Origin: a virus
Taxonomy: Duplodnaviria > Caudoviricetes
DNA: 63,710 nucleotides
IMG/VR virus record: IMGVR_UViG_3300040985_001289
Location: 1-63,710 of that record
Direction: 5' to 3' (one strand)
The translations under genes were made by a program, and so were the position numbers. The notes under the pieces were generated by a model that worked only from the letters and a program-made list of their open reading frames with translations, ran no database searches and was not told where the DNA came from. Numbering within the stretch: position 1 is the first letter of the stretch; the number at the start of each line of letters is the position of its first letter. Shown here piece by piece: positions 1 through 10,371 of the stretch.

Positions 1-98
1 CTTGAAGATTACGAGGAACGGCATTGAATGATCTCTGATCTCCGGTAGTTATGTAACTGTATATAGATTGTTTAGAGTCTTTAGGAATTCGTTTCATG
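1..98. repeat. Terminal direct repeat (assembly overlap of a circular contig), left copy
   Basis: Bases 1-98 are identical to 63612-63709; the repeat falls inside one continuous reading frame. Confidence 0.95.
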
Positions 99-3000
99 TG
101 GTCAGCCCATCGAGCAATTGATTCCCTGACAGATCCTTCAACTTGTGCAACCACAACATCCTTTCGTCCAGGGTCAATCTGCATTTGTTTGCCAAGCAGG
201 TCAATCGCAAAGTTCCGTTTCACATAGGCAGCATTCTCATAGATAATATTCCGAACTTCATCGGACAAATCAGGGTGACGTGCCAACACATCTGCGAACC
301 CATCACGAATCGCTTTCCATTTTACGAGCCACTGCACGAACGGGTCATCAGGTTTAACGCCAATCTTATCAGCAATCCAATTTGCGTCGAGATTAGGATA
401 GATTTCTTCAGGTGTAACATCGAGAATCTTTGCTAATGCCACCTTCTCTTCTTTGCTTGCGACAATGCCACCGTCAATCATTTGATCAATGCGACCTTCA
501 AGTGTTGATAGTTCGATACTTGTGATGTTGGTTCGCAACTCTTCCTGAAGCTTTCTGTTGCCATCCTTCTTTGACTCAATAGCATCTTTTTCTTTCTGTG
601 ATTCGGTTTTCTTTTTCTGTTTATTGAGTTCGGTAAACTCTTTTCGCAATTGTCTTATGCGATCTTTTCTGTTTAGTGTTTCAACGGCATCGTCACCACG
701 AACATTAGCGTCTATTCCTGCTTCCTGCATTTGTTCAGCGACATCACGAAGGGTCAACTTCTTCTCAAATATCCTTTCACCGATAATATTATCTTCGATA
801 AACCGACTTACATTGAAGTCGAAATCATTTATCAAGAATGAGTCTAAATTATCGAGTCGAGCCTCTGCCAAATCACGGGATACGCCTTCACGTTGAAGGG
901 CATTAATTCTCTTCTTACGGGATTTCGATCTATCAGACGCTATTCGCATTCGCTGAGTCCCCATCTTCGCATATCCATTATCTGCAAGGAACTTTTGTGC
1001 TATCGGAATTACTGTATCGTTCTGGAGTTTGACCCCATCTTTACGGTCATTATTAAGGTCAAAGTTTATCTGTTGGGCAACTTGTTTTCTGCTCTCTGAT
1101 TCCTGCTGAACATTACCCTGCTCCATCCCTTTGCCCTGACGAAATAGATAGTTATTCCAACGACCTATAAGACCACGTACATTCTGTGGAAGTGGAATCC
1201 CCATATTCAATTCAACCAACCCATCGTCATTAGTCAGGAACGGCTTCGCTTCAGAGTCATCTGCGACTTGTCCCTTCATATCCTCATCAGACATTCCGGA
1301 TTCTTTAGCAACATCTTGGGCAGCAGTTTTTTGAGTCTCTACAATTTGTGTCGGAGTTGCTGGTATAATCGCTTCCTTAGCAACTTTCTTATCAACGGGG
1401 GTTATTGTAGTCTTTCCTGTTTCTTGTTGCTTAGGAGTGATTATAGTGACTCCTGCGACTATTTCCTGTGTTTGTGCCAAAGCCTGTTCGTTCTGAGCAT
1501 CAGGTTCGACTGCTTCGGGAATCGGAACCCCCAAATCTTCAGATAACCGATCTGTCAATACTTGCTTATTACCCGTAGCCTTCAGCCCACGAGACTTCAA
1601 CTCTTTTTGTAGATCACGGAACGTCATTGTTGGTACTTTCTCAGCAAGGGCTGTGGCTTCTTTAATCCGGACCTTCTCTTCCTTTATGGCAATTTTCTTT
1701 TTTCTGCCTTTGGATATTTTCTTAGGTTTCTGCTCTGTGGTGACTTTTGGCTCAGTGATCTTCAGTACAGGATCCTCGACAATCGTTTCGTCCGCAAGAC
1801 CTTCGAGTTTAGAAACTAAATCTTGCATCGGTTTCTGATCAACAATTAAATCGTCAGGTCGGTTATTGTCGATAAACTCAAGTAACTTGCCAGCCTCATC
1901 TGAAGCCTTTTCGTCTTTGCCCTGTCGGATCAACTTGTCGATGAACTTTTCACGGTTCTTATACAGCAATGAAGCATCTTTTTCTATTTCTGTTTGCCGT
2001 TCCTCTTGTGCGAGTGCCTTGTCAAATTCCTTATTGAATGCCTTTTCTGTGCGAACTACTTCATCCTCTTCTTGTCGGATCTCAGCAATAACACTTGCTT
2101 CTTCATCTGCCTGAATGAGTGCGTCTATTTCGGAAGTCTCAATCTCGTCGATTAGTTGCTGAGCACCTTTGCCTGTTACTGTCTTGAAATCGCCATTATC
2201 ATCACGAACAATTTCGGATTCTTCAAGGAGATTAACCGCAAGTTCTTCAACTCTGCCTTTGTCAATTCCCGTCTCTTCAAATAATGATTCTATCTGACCC
2301 AATTGTTCATTTGTGGCGTTGGGCTGATCGACATCTAATATCTTACCTTCTTCGGCAACTTCTTCAGGAGTAACAGCCTCCGCTTCCCTCTGTGCGATCT
2401 CGTCACGAATAGCCTGAACTTCGGGGGATCTGTTAGCGGGGTCTTCGGCAAGGGTCTGATTAAATGTGTTCGTGTAAATCGAGCCACCAGCACCTGTAGA
2501 AAATCCAAGTATTAACCCACCATATCCAGCCTGTGCTGATTTCTGTCTTAACTCTTTCCCTGCTTCAGTAGGCTTGAATAGATCAGCAAGAGTTACATCT
2601 TTTCCAGCCTCTTGAGCTACTGAAATAGCAGTATTCAATTCTTGTATAACTTCAATCCCCGATTCAGTTAATGCTTGTGTAGTTCCAGTAGATCCAATGT
2701 CTTTTGCTGACTTTGCGATAGTTCTACGAATGATCTCTTGCTGGATTTTCTTCCCACCACCGATCTTCTTTATAATCTTGCCAGCAGGCAGAAGCTCAAG
2801 GGCAGCGTTAATTGCACCAACACGCAATGCCATTTCGGCAGCGTTTTCTGGAGATACCCCAAGTTCAATAGCTTCGTCATAAGCACCACCAGTTTCCAGT
2901 GCACCAGTCAATGCAGCAGCGGTAACTGTAGCAGCAACAGGGCTTTTTGTCATAATGCCAACAAGAGCCGTTGGGATAGCAACTCCAGCAAGAAATCCAC

Positions 3001-3574
3001 CACCCTGAGCGATAATCTCACCAGCGATTTCAGGGTTGGCGAAGTTAGACCACTTCAAACCCTCTCTGTCTAATTTGGATTTAGTGATAGTCTTAGCAGC
3101 CTCAGATCCCTTGATACGTAGCTTCTGCCCTTCCTTGAACAAAGGGTCATTGATAAGGGTTTGTATTTTTCGCTGAACGGGGTCAGAAGGAAGTTTCTTT
3201 TCAACTTCCCGAACTTTTTCCGTAACAGCAGGAGGCAGATCATAATAGTTCTGCAAGTCATCAGCCGTTAATTCAGGAGTCTTAACAGCAACAGTCTGAA
3301 TAAATCCACCTGACAACTTAGGCAACTGAACCTTGACAAACTTCTCTGCACCGGATTTTACTCCACCGATAAAGCCAGAGTCTGGCTTAGCCACACCGAA
3401 CATCTCGTTGAATGCCGTCCTGACCTTGACTTGTCTATCTTCATCGAGTGATGTGAATTGGTCAGAAGGTGCAAAGTGTTCATCGAAATAGAGTGCAGCC
3501 ATCTTTGCCTGACGCTCAGGATCAAGAGCCTTGAACTGTTCAGAGTTCGCAATATTTTGGAAACTTGCTGGCAC
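1..3574 (-). CDS. N-terminal part of giant (~1,957 aa) internal virion/DNA-ejection protein, continuing across the join into 63708..61312; contains a SAP-like motif
   Basis: GTG at 3574 just after the 3578 stop (VPASFQNIANSEQFKALDPERQ...), in frame with ATG at 97 (=63708). Probably absent from the ORF track because there is no stop before the edge. Frame spot-checked, not fully translated. Confidence 0.8.
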   Translation of the reverse strand, partial: MPASFQNIANSEQFKALDPERQAKMAALYFDEHFAPSDQFTSLDEDRQVKVRTAFNEMFGVAKPDSGFIGGVKSGAEKFVKVQLPKLSGGFIQTVAVKTPELTADDLQNYYDLPPAVTEKVREVEKKLPSDPVQRKIQTLINDPLFKEGQKLRIKGSEAAKTITKSKLDREGLKWSNFANPEIAGEIIAQGGGFLAGVAIPTALVGIMTKSPVAATVTAAALTGALETGGAYDEAIELGVSPENAAEMALRVGAINAALELLPAGKIIKKIGGGKKIQQEIIRRTIAKSAKDIGSTGTTQALTESGIEVIQELNTAISVAQEAGKDVTLADLFKPTEAGKELRQKSAQAGYGGLILGFSTGAGGSIYTNTFNQTLAEDPANRSPEVQAIRDEIAQREAEAVTPEEVAEEGKILDVDQPNATNEQLGQIESLFEETGIDKGRVEELAVNLLEESEIVRDDNGDFKTVTGKGAQQLIDEIETSEIDALIQADEEASVIAEIRQEEDEVVRTEKAFNKEFDKALAQEERQTEIEKDASLLYKNREKFIDKLIRQGKDEKASDEAGKLLEFIDNNRPDDLIVDQKPMQDLVSKLEGLADETIVEDPVLKITEPKVTTEQKPKKISKGRKKKIAIKEEKVRIKEATALAEKVPTMTFRDLQKELKSRGLKATGNKQVLTDRLSEDLGVPIPEAVEPDAQNEQALAQTQEIVAGVTIITPKQQETGKTTITPVDKKVAKEAIIPATPTQIVETQKTAAQDVAKESGMSDEDMKGQVADDSEAKPFLTNDDGLVELNMGIPLPQNVRGLIGRWNNYLFRQGKGMEQGNVQQESESRKQVAQQINFDLNNDRKDGVKLQNDTVIPIAQKFLADNGYAKMGTQRMRIASDRSKSRKKRINALQREGVSRDLAEARLDNLDSFLINDFDFNVSRFIEDNIIGERIFEKKLTLRDVAEQMQEAGIDANVRGDDAVETLNRKDRIRQLRKEFTELNKQKKKTESQKEKDAIESKKDGNRKLQEELRTNITSIELSTLEGRIDQMIDGGIVASKEEKVALAKILDVTPEEIYPNLDANWIADKIGVKPDDPFVQWLVKWKAIRDGFADVLARHPDLSDEVRNIIYENAAYVKRNFAIDLLGKQMQIDPGRKDVVVAQVEGSVRESIARWADHMKRIPKDSKQSIYSYITTGDQRSFNAVPRNLQ

Positions 3575-3577
3575 TAT

Positions 3578-4435
3578 TTATTTTGTCCCTTCTAAAAGTT
3601 GATTGAATAGCGTTTCGTCTTCTTTGCCGAGGTTGATATTATCCCCACCAAGAACTACCCCACCTGTCAAATCAAGAACCCCACCCTTCTCTTCATGCTT
3701 CTGACTTAGAGATTCATTCAGTATCTTGCGACCTTCAGTTCTCGCCCATTTGTCAGATGCAGTGAGCTTAATTTCCTTCTTCTCAGCAGCAACGACCTCT
3801 GCTGTAAGATCACCAATAGACGCTGTTCGTGGGTTTTTGTCAGAACCAATAAACCGGATAGAAGCCTCCTTGACTTTTGGGGGTTTGCCTTTGCTCGCAA
3901 GGGTCTTTTTCTTTATGTCACGAGTCAACTCTGCTGATTCTGCTGCCACTTTTTCCTTCTTCTTACGTGCCTGAGCACCTTCAAGCTCTAACTCATCCAT
4001 CACATCCAAAATATCATCATCCAGAAGTGGCGTGCGTGACTCTATCCTTGCTGTGGAATCTTCCCCCCTGCGGACTATATCAGCCCTTCGTTGGTCAACA
4101 CGAGTGAGTGCATCATCTGCGAATCTATCAGGGTTTGATACGATAAGGCTTCTGACATTACTGATTCTTGACTCAGCCTGACTAAACAAGCCTTCTCGTT
4201 TTGTCCTGAGTCGATTTGCTTCTTCACGGTCTTGCCGGATGGTTTCAGCAACTTTAAGTCGCTCAATGACTTTTTTCTGCACACGATCTTCCTTCGCGAT
4301 CTCCTGACGAATACCCTGTTCTTGCCAGAAGTTCTGTTCAGCAAATCGAGCCTTTGATCTAATTGGAGCAACCTTTGCCTCTGCAAGCCCTGCCCCAAGT
4401 TGCTGAATACCTGCCACTATATCTCTAACAGCCAT
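3578..4435 (-). CDS. Putative internal virion/ejection protein
   Basis: 285-aa charged, helical ORF translationally coupled upstream of the giant protein; position typical of podovirus ejection proteins. Confidence 0.55.
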   Translation of the reverse strand: MAVRDIVAGIQQLGAGLAEAKVAPIRSKARFAEQNFWQEQGIRQEIAKEDRVQKKVIERLKVAETIRQDREEANRLRTKREGLFSQAESRISNVRSLIVSNPDRFADDALTRVDQRRADIVRRGEDSTARIESRTPLLDDDILDVMDELELEGAQARKKKEKVAAESAELTRDIKKKTLASKGKPPKVKEASIRFIGSDKNPRTASIGDLTAEVVAAEKKEIKLTASDKWARTEGRKILNESLSQKHEEKGGVLDLTGGVVLGGDNINLGKEDETLFNQLLEGTK

Positions 4436-4968
4436 TATGCGAAATCCCCCCCGAATTGAGGGAAGTTACCTTCACCAATTGACTGACGGAGAGTGTCCTC
4501 GTCGATCTGCCCACTGTTGAACAAGTCGATAAGTTCCCGAAATGACTTTGCAGTTCCTGCTGCACCAATACCAGCACCAATCAAGCCAATGCCACCACCA
4601 ACAACGCCCGTTACAAGATCACGCTTAAACCTCAAATCCTCAGCCTTCTTCTGTTCTTCGATCCTGTTAAGGGATAATCCAACTTGCAACAGATTAGAAG
4701 CCTTTTTCTGCACAGCCTGACCACGAAGGACATCAACATTTTCCACAATGTCACCAAATTGACGTTGAGCACCTTTCTCTATATTCCCGAAAAGTTCAGC
4801 AAGAACACCTGGTTCATCACTGCCGATAGTTTCTCTCGCTCGCTGAATCCCTAAGTCTCGTTGACCAGCAACATCACGAGCACCACGAGAAACCATCCGG
4901 TTATGAAGGTTATCCCCTGATATTGAACGCTGAAGGTTAATCGCTTCTTCAAGCAGTCTATTAGCCAT
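4435..4968 (-). CDS. Putative ejection/pilot protein with Gly/Ala-rich hydrophobic segment
   Basis: GVVGGGIGLIGAGIGAAG segment; synteny downstream of tail gene. Confidence 0.55.
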   Translation of the reverse strand: MANRLLEEAINLQRSISGDNLHNRMVSRGARDVAGQRDLGIQRARETIGSDEPGVLAELFGNIEKGAQRQFGDIVENVDVLRGQAVQKKASNLLQVGLSLNRIEEQKKAEDLRFKRDLVTGVVGGGIGLIGAGIGAAGTAKSFRELIDLFNSGQIDEDTLRQSIGEGNFPQFGGDFA

Positions 4969-5245
4969 TTTCGACCTCTTCCAATTTTACTCGATAGATT
5001 TTGTTCCCTAACTGCACTTCAAGTCTCACCCCATCTTTGTCACTCACCATATCTGCACCCTGAAGTTGTTTCCTCCACCCATCGGGATACTTCTTCGCTA
5101 AATCATATTTCACCCCATTTCTCGATTTAGGTCGCTTAATAAACCTCCGCTCACCATCAAAGCCTTCTTTATCATTAGGCAACGAATCTTGGACTTCATG
5201 AGTCTGTGAAACCTTAGTCCGAATTTCTCTTTCTGCATCACCCAT
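4961..5245 (-). CDS. Hypothetical protein in virion module
   Basis: 94-aa ORF overlapping both neighbours. Confidence 0.6.
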   Translation of the reverse strand: MGDAEREIRTKVSQTHEVQDSLPNDKEGFDGERRFIKRPKSRNGVKYDLAKKYPDGWRKQLQGADMVSDKDGVRLEVQLGNKIYRVKLEEVENG

Positions 5246-8200
5246 TATGATCTCGGAAGATTAGTAAATTCATAAGCGAAACCATCCCACTTTAAGTCAC
5301 CGTCTGCGAAGTTCCCGAAATTAACTGAAGCAGCAGTATCTTCCGATACAGATCCAGTTATTGCCTCACCAACCACGAACACACCAACCACAGAGGTTAT
5401 TACAACAACCCCACTCGAATGCGAAACAACCGTTGCTGTTGCCCCTGAAGTACCGCCAGTTAATGTCTCTGCATCGTCATATAAATCCGCTCCATCATGG
5501 TTGATAACAGTAACTTGATCTTCAATAAGGACATCAAACCATTCACCTTTCGCAGCCTTTGGTAACAAAGTAAACTTCCCTCGCACTCCCCCTGATTCAA
5601 TATTAGCCGTCCCAGCATGGGTTACGGGATCATCACTTTCTCCTGACTCGAATGCAACCTCATCGTAAGTTCTTGGAATCGCCTGGAGGATATTATTATA
5701 CCACTTCATTGTTGCCCCGTCGAGTCTCTGTCCTCGGTAGAATACCTTCATTCCCCTGAACATAGCAGATTCGTGCCAGAATTTGCGAGTCCTTAATGCA
5801 ACAGGAATATTGCCATCCACATCAGCACCACCCGTCAGTGTCCATGTGTCAACATATTTGTCGTTTCCGGTTCGTTGACCCCACACGTAGATATAGGCTG
5901 ATTGACCATTAGCAAATAGCATCTCACTATTATCTTTTCCTTTGCCACTTTCCCATTGGACGGGGTATCCAAGAATAAACCCAGCAGCCTGTTTCGTTGT
6001 AAGTTTCGATATGCGCACCCCGCCCTCCGGTATATCCAAGTCAAATACATAGCATTTATCAGCAACATAGTATGTTGGAGAATGACGTTCAAGTTCTCCT
6101 TCAGTCGCAATGTCGGCACGTTCTGTTTCTGCTATCCCCAACACATAGACATTGTGTTTTCCTTTGGCTCGCCACACTAATCCTGTGCAACTTGCCAACT
6201 GTTCCCCATCAAGACCATCGAACACATCGCTAATATTCTTAGACAATTCAAGGAACTCTCCGCCACCAAAGTAGGCGTACAATCCATCTTCGGATAAGAA
6301 TATGTCTGCTTCTCGCCATCCTGCACCGGGAGTTCTTATGCTGGCACGTCTCAGTGTCATTGGTGACACACATCCAATACCTTTCGATTCGTCAACAGGT
6401 GCGTCGTCTGCTATCCATTGTGACAGTTCCCCATCAGTTCTAACCCTGTAAATTCCGTTGTCTTTATATGCAAACACACTTCCGTTTAATTCGGTTATCC
6501 CTGTCCCTTCTCCGGTTCCGTCACCAATCGAACGTCTATTCCTGAAGCTAAACACATGGGGATTATCTCCGTCTGATATTGCGAGTCCAGTAGGCTTCCT
6601 GTCGCCAGAGTCGCCAACGTCCTTATGATCTAATGTGTTGATAGAACAAGTTGCTGTTGCAAGATTCCATCCGTAGCCAGCCCCTTCCACATCACCGTTA
6701 GCGTTAGTTATGTCATAAAAGTACGAATCAAGATTCTGTCGTCTAAATACTTGTTCAGTTTCTTCAGGAGTGTTACAGTATTCTAAAACTGTAAGTTCAT
6801 CGAGATAACCATCTTCCAAACCCCACTGAATAGGGGAGGTTCTTCCAAAGGAGTGACCACCACCCGGAACAGTTATGGCAACAAGGCTCCCGTCGATGTC
6901 ATATGTTATATTACCGCCAACTTCACGATAGTACATATGCTTGTCGTCAGTTCCCCACCCAATGCTCACAAATCTCCAATTCCCATCTGTGACATCATCT
7001 ACAATTTCTGCATTTCCTGTACCCCATTCTATCCTAAGCACGGTTCCAGCAGCCGTGTACTTGACCCTAATGCCAACATCGAGTCCCTGTCTCAAAGGAG
7101 GCATACTCCCGAATATAAGGCTGACAGCAGGAGCAGCATGTATTGTTACAACCCTAAAGAAAAATTGTATAGTTCCAACAGATTGTGGATCAGGCAATAT
7201 TTCAGGGAGGAATAGTGTACTTCTTGCATCTTGTATTCGTAATGTTTTTTCACCAAATGCAGTCCCTGACTTGCCGGGATCGTTAGCATACCGCATTGCA
7301 TCACCATCATTAAGAGACAATTCAGTATCCCATTCTGCATCTTCCTTCGTCATTTCATAAAACTTGATCTTATCCGCAACAGGCGGAACATCAAACGGAA
7401 AGTCAAATTCACTTGGCAAATCGTCGTCGAAATTAAGAAGATTATTCATCCCTGAATGAGCATGTCGCCTGTGATAAACAGCAGTCCAATCAGAAACGTC
7501 CACAACAGGAGATCCAGAATTATAATACGCATACAACCGAGCCGAACTCCCAGCAACAATTTCGGGAACCCGAAGCACAACAACCATCTCGTCAACAGCA
7601 GCATTAGAATGAGTCGCTGCCCCTACTCCTAATCCACCAGCAGCAGGGAAAACATTATTGTACGACTCTATGTAATGAGGAATTATAGTCTTGCCGTCGC
7701 TATCCGTAAATCGAATACGCCTTTCAGCATTAGCAACAGTGTCGTCAAAGTCTATGTACCCCACACCTGTAGATGTGTGCCACTGAAGCTTTATCCGGAC
7801 AATTGCATCTGTGTAGCCACGATTGGTGTTATTCTTGACAACAAGAGTTGATCGCTTCAATAATCCAAACGCTTCGTAATACTCATAAGTCTCGTCAGAC
7901 TGATCAGAAGGAGCAATAATATCATCTTCAGTGTAATTATATAGCATCAGGTGGTTCTTATGCGTCAAGGGGTATCGTGATTTAGGCGGTGCAAAGTTGT
8001 CGATATCCAATGGGGTTCTTGGAGGATCTAAGTCCTGATCAAGAAACTCTTCTCCACCTTCACCTTCAATTATCCTTTCCTCCCCAATTTTTTCCCAACT
8101 CTGGAATAATTCATCAGCAAACCGTTTCACCTGCCGATAAACATCCCGCCTGATAATCCTCTTTATTTGATTGGTGTCAGTTGCTGAAGACTGATATTCT

Positions 8201-9198
8201 GTGCCAACAGGGATGTTGTTGATCTCTAATTGCTCCATGCCAACTTGTTTAAGAATGACAGGGTCTTCTAAGCCCGGAGAGCTAAATGGTATCCCATTAT
8301 GAGCCTTTCCCATCCAGTCGCCAGCGTAGATAGCAGTGCGAGGCGAAGGGTTGCTAAATGACACCTTCCCATCTTCATCTTCATAAACATACACCGTACA
8401 GTATCTTACAAAACCACCATCAATAATTGTATCACTTCCCCACTTGGTCGTTCCAATAGATGACTGCCGTTTCGGAGGTAATGCTCCAAGTCTCCCACGC
8501 ACAATATTCGTTCCATCCTGTTCTTCAAAGAACCGGACATCACCACGTCCGTCTGTTAGAATTAATTTATCACCAAACAGTGCAGTGAAGTAATACGATA
8601 ACTCAGCACCAGTGGCATTGACGTTAAAGTTCTTGTCAATAACCTTCCATCCAACAGGAGGGGTTGAAGGCACTATCGTGTCATTCTTCTTCATTAATAG
8701 ACGGCAATTATGGGTTGTTATATCCACATCCACACAGAGGCTGTATTTATCCCCGTTAGGTTTATAAAGTCGCCACAAACCGAGTATTGTACCCTGAAGG
8801 GGAACTTGAACTTGAGTGACAGTTCCTGAGCCTCCTGAAGGAGCACCACTTATCGCTTCCCCAATAATGAAGTCGCCAGAAACCAAAGTAGATAACCGCA
8901 GATATGTCGCCTGAGTATCTACAACTTGACCAACCGTTCCTGAAACCGCACCTGTTACAGCATCACCATTTGCAAATCCACCAGCACCAGAATAATATAT
9001 CCGATACTGGATATCAGTTGTGTCAGGATTTGAAAGATAGAGATCTTCTAAGCCAAGACGTTTTCTCCATTGTCCATCCTCGAACATGAGGTTCTGTAAC
9101 AATTGGAATTGATCGTCTCTGATAAATCTTCCATCGACCCCAGTGACCATGCCTCCGGTTTGGGGTCGATTAGTCTTCGTTTCAAATTCTAACGGCAA
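5245..9198 (-). CDS. Large tail protein (tail tubular B/stabilization-like) with inserted LamG/concanavalin-like region
   Basis: ~1,300 aa, beta-rich; N-terminal 'LLQNLMFEDGQWRKRLG' resembles tail stabilization proteins; LamG-like 'DGNWRFVSIGW...GYLDELTV'; TTG start after AGAGGA. Confidence 0.6.
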   Translation of the reverse strand: MPLEFETKTNRPQTGGMVTGVDGRFIRDDQFQLLQNLMFEDGQWRKRLGLEDLYLSNPDTTDIQYRIYYSGAGGFANGDAVTGAVSGTVGQVVDTQATYLRLSTLVSGDFIIGEAISGAPSGGSGTVTQVQVPLQGTILGLWRLYKPNGDKYSLCVDVDITTHNCRLLMKKNDTIVPSTPPVGWKVIDKNFNVNATGAELSYYFTALFGDKLILTDGRGDVRFFEEQDGTNIVRGRLGALPPKRQSSIGTTKWGSDTIIDGGFVRYCTVYVYEDEDGKVSFSNPSPRTAIYAGDWMGKAHNGIPFSSPGLEDPVILKQVGMEQLEINNIPVGTEYQSSATDTNQIKRIIRRDVYRQVKRFADELFQSWEKIGEERIIEGEGGEEFLDQDLDPPRTPLDIDNFAPPKSRYPLTHKNHLMLYNYTEDDIIAPSDQSDETYEYYEAFGLLKRSTLVVKNNTNRGYTDAIVRIKLQWHTSTGVGYIDFDDTVANAERRIRFTDSDGKTIIPHYIESYNNVFPAAGGLGVGAATHSNAAVDEMVVVLRVPEIVAGSSARLYAYYNSGSPVVDVSDWTAVYHRRHAHSGMNNLLNFDDDLPSEFDFPFDVPPVADKIKFYEMTKEDAEWDTELSLNDGDAMRYANDPGKSGTAFGEKTLRIQDARSTLFLPEILPDPQSVGTIQFFFRVVTIHAAPAVSLIFGSMPPLRQGLDVGIRVKYTAAGTVLRIEWGTGNAEIVDDVTDGNWRFVSIGWGTDDKHMYYREVGGNITYDIDGSLVAITVPGGGHSFGRTSPIQWGLEDGYLDELTVLEYCNTPEETEQVFRRQNLDSYFYDITNANGDVEGAGYGWNLATATCSINTLDHKDVGDSGDRKPTGLAISDGDNPHVFSFRNRRSIGDGTGEGTGITELNGSVFAYKDNGIYRVRTDGELSQWIADDAPVDESKGIGCVSPMTLRRASIRTPGAGWREADIFLSEDGLYAYFGGGEFLELSKNISDVFDGLDGEQLASCTGLVWRAKGKHNVYVLGIAETERADIATEGELERHSPTYYVADKCYVFDLDIPEGGVRISKLTTKQAAGFILGYPVQWESGKGKDNSEMLFANGQSAYIYVWGQRTGNDKYVDTWTLTGGADVDGNIPVALRTRKFWHESAMFRGMKVFYRGQRLDGATMKWYNNILQAIPRTYDEVAFESGESDDPVTHAGTANIESGGVRGKFTLLPKAAKGEWFDVLIEDQVTVINHDGADLYDDAETLTGGTSGATATVVSHSSGVVVITSVVGVFVVGEAITGSVSEDTAASVNFGNFADGDLKWDGFAYEFTNLPRS

Positions 9199-9203
9199 GG
9201 ATT

Positions 9204-9704
9204 CTATTCCTCTTTTATGAATACTTCGACAGTTGTGTTGTTTGTCCATGTCCCGCCAGCAGCAGATACATCAACGACGAGCCACGGAGCAGGGAATATG
9301 TCAAGGTTAGTATCTACTTTAGCCTTACTCTGGGCTTTGTACCAATACAATGAACTGTCCTGCACAACTGGAGCATAGTATATCTTTTCACCACTTCCAA
9401 TACCATTGGCAGTTCCATACCTTACACTCACAAATACTGAGTCAGAATCCGATGCAGTACTGTATGTTAGCGTCCCAGCATCCATGCCACTTATCGGGAT
9501 AAAGAACCTCGCATAATCATTTGTCGCTAATGTGCGAACCAAGAATGTGTATGAAGTCCCTTTGCCGGAAAAGGTCTGTTGCGTTGCTGTTCGGATAACC
9601 GATGTCGCACTTGATAAAGACTGTGTACTTTTCGGGAACTCAACAGCAAATGCAGTTGTCGTCACAAAGAGTAACAGGAGTATTAAAATGTATCTTATTT
9701 TCAA
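9204..9704 (-). CDS. Signal-peptide-bearing beta-rich protein in virion module
   Basis: MKIRYILILLLLFVTTTAFA with AxA cleavage motif. Confidence 0.65.
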   Translation of the reverse strand: MKIRYILILLLLFVTTTAFAVEFPKSTQSLSSATSVIRTATQQTFSGKGTSYTFLVRTLATNDYARFFIPISGMDAGTLTYSTASDSDSVFVSVRYGTANGIGSGEKIYYAPVVQDSSLYWYKAQSKAKVDTNLDIFPAPWLVVDVSAAGGTWTNNTTVEVFIKEE

Positions 9705-10360
9705 TTTTCTGTCTCCTCTCTTATGAAGTACGGTGATTCAAGGTACTCTGTGCTGAACGGTAGGGACACCATTAGCAATACTTGAAGGGTTGCTGTGTTT
9801 TGAGCATCAACTAATGACTGCGTACATGTCAACTTCATCCTCTCCCAGCCACACAGCAATGTGTCAATGTCTATCTCGCCAACAATCAAGGCATTTGCCC
9901 CAGAAGTATCTGTCAATGCGGTAATCTTTACGGTTGCTTGGTTGTTCCCACTATCATTAAGCGTAACAGCAGTGCCAACCTCAAGATTGGCATTCATCCC
10001 CCGAACAAGGATCTCAGTAAAAAGGGAATCCCCATCTGTAAGTAGTCCTGCCCCAGTATCAGTGACTGATATTGAATATGCAGCCTTAGTTCCCCAATGC
10101 TTCCATAATGGGATATCAACAGCCCCTTGAGTTGATGCGCTATCAGCATCGAGCGAAAAGTAATAAACCTTTCCCGTTGGATACCCATTTACACGGGTAT
10201 AGGTTACAAATGTATTAGAAGCCCAATACCCTTCTTTCTGGTTTTCAGCAGAAGACGCTTGGAACTTATTTCGCTCCTTATTGAGGTCTACTGCAAATGA
10301 CCCACCAGCAATCGTAATCCCTAATAGGATAATTACCAGTATTAAAGTCTTGTGTTTCAA
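9701..10360 (-). CDS. Signal-peptide-bearing beta-rich protein in virion module
   Basis: TTG start after AGAGGA; MKHKTLILVIILLGITIAGGSFA. Confidence 0.6.
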   Translation of the reverse strand: MKHKTLILVIILLGITIAGGSFAVDLNKERNKFQASSAENQKEGYWASNTFVTYTRVNGYPTGKVYYFSLDADSASTQGAVDIPLWKHWGTKAAYSISVTDTGAGLLTDGDSLFTEILVRGMNANLEVGTAVTLNDSGNNQATVKITALTDTSGANALIVGEIDIDTLLCGWERMKLTCTQSLVDAQNTATLQVLLMVSLPFSTEYLESPYFIREETEN

Positions 10361-10371
10361 TGGTTTGTCCT

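Noticed and set aside
1-98. Terminal repeat as physical phage DTR or att site
   Set aside because: It falls mid-gene and its length fits an assembler k-mer overlap; it only indicates circularity
143-3073. Plus-strand ORFs over the first 3 kb (and similar antisense ORFs throughout the virion operon)
   Set aside because: Shadows of long minus-strand genes; no recognisable motifs, Ser/Phe-rich antisense composition
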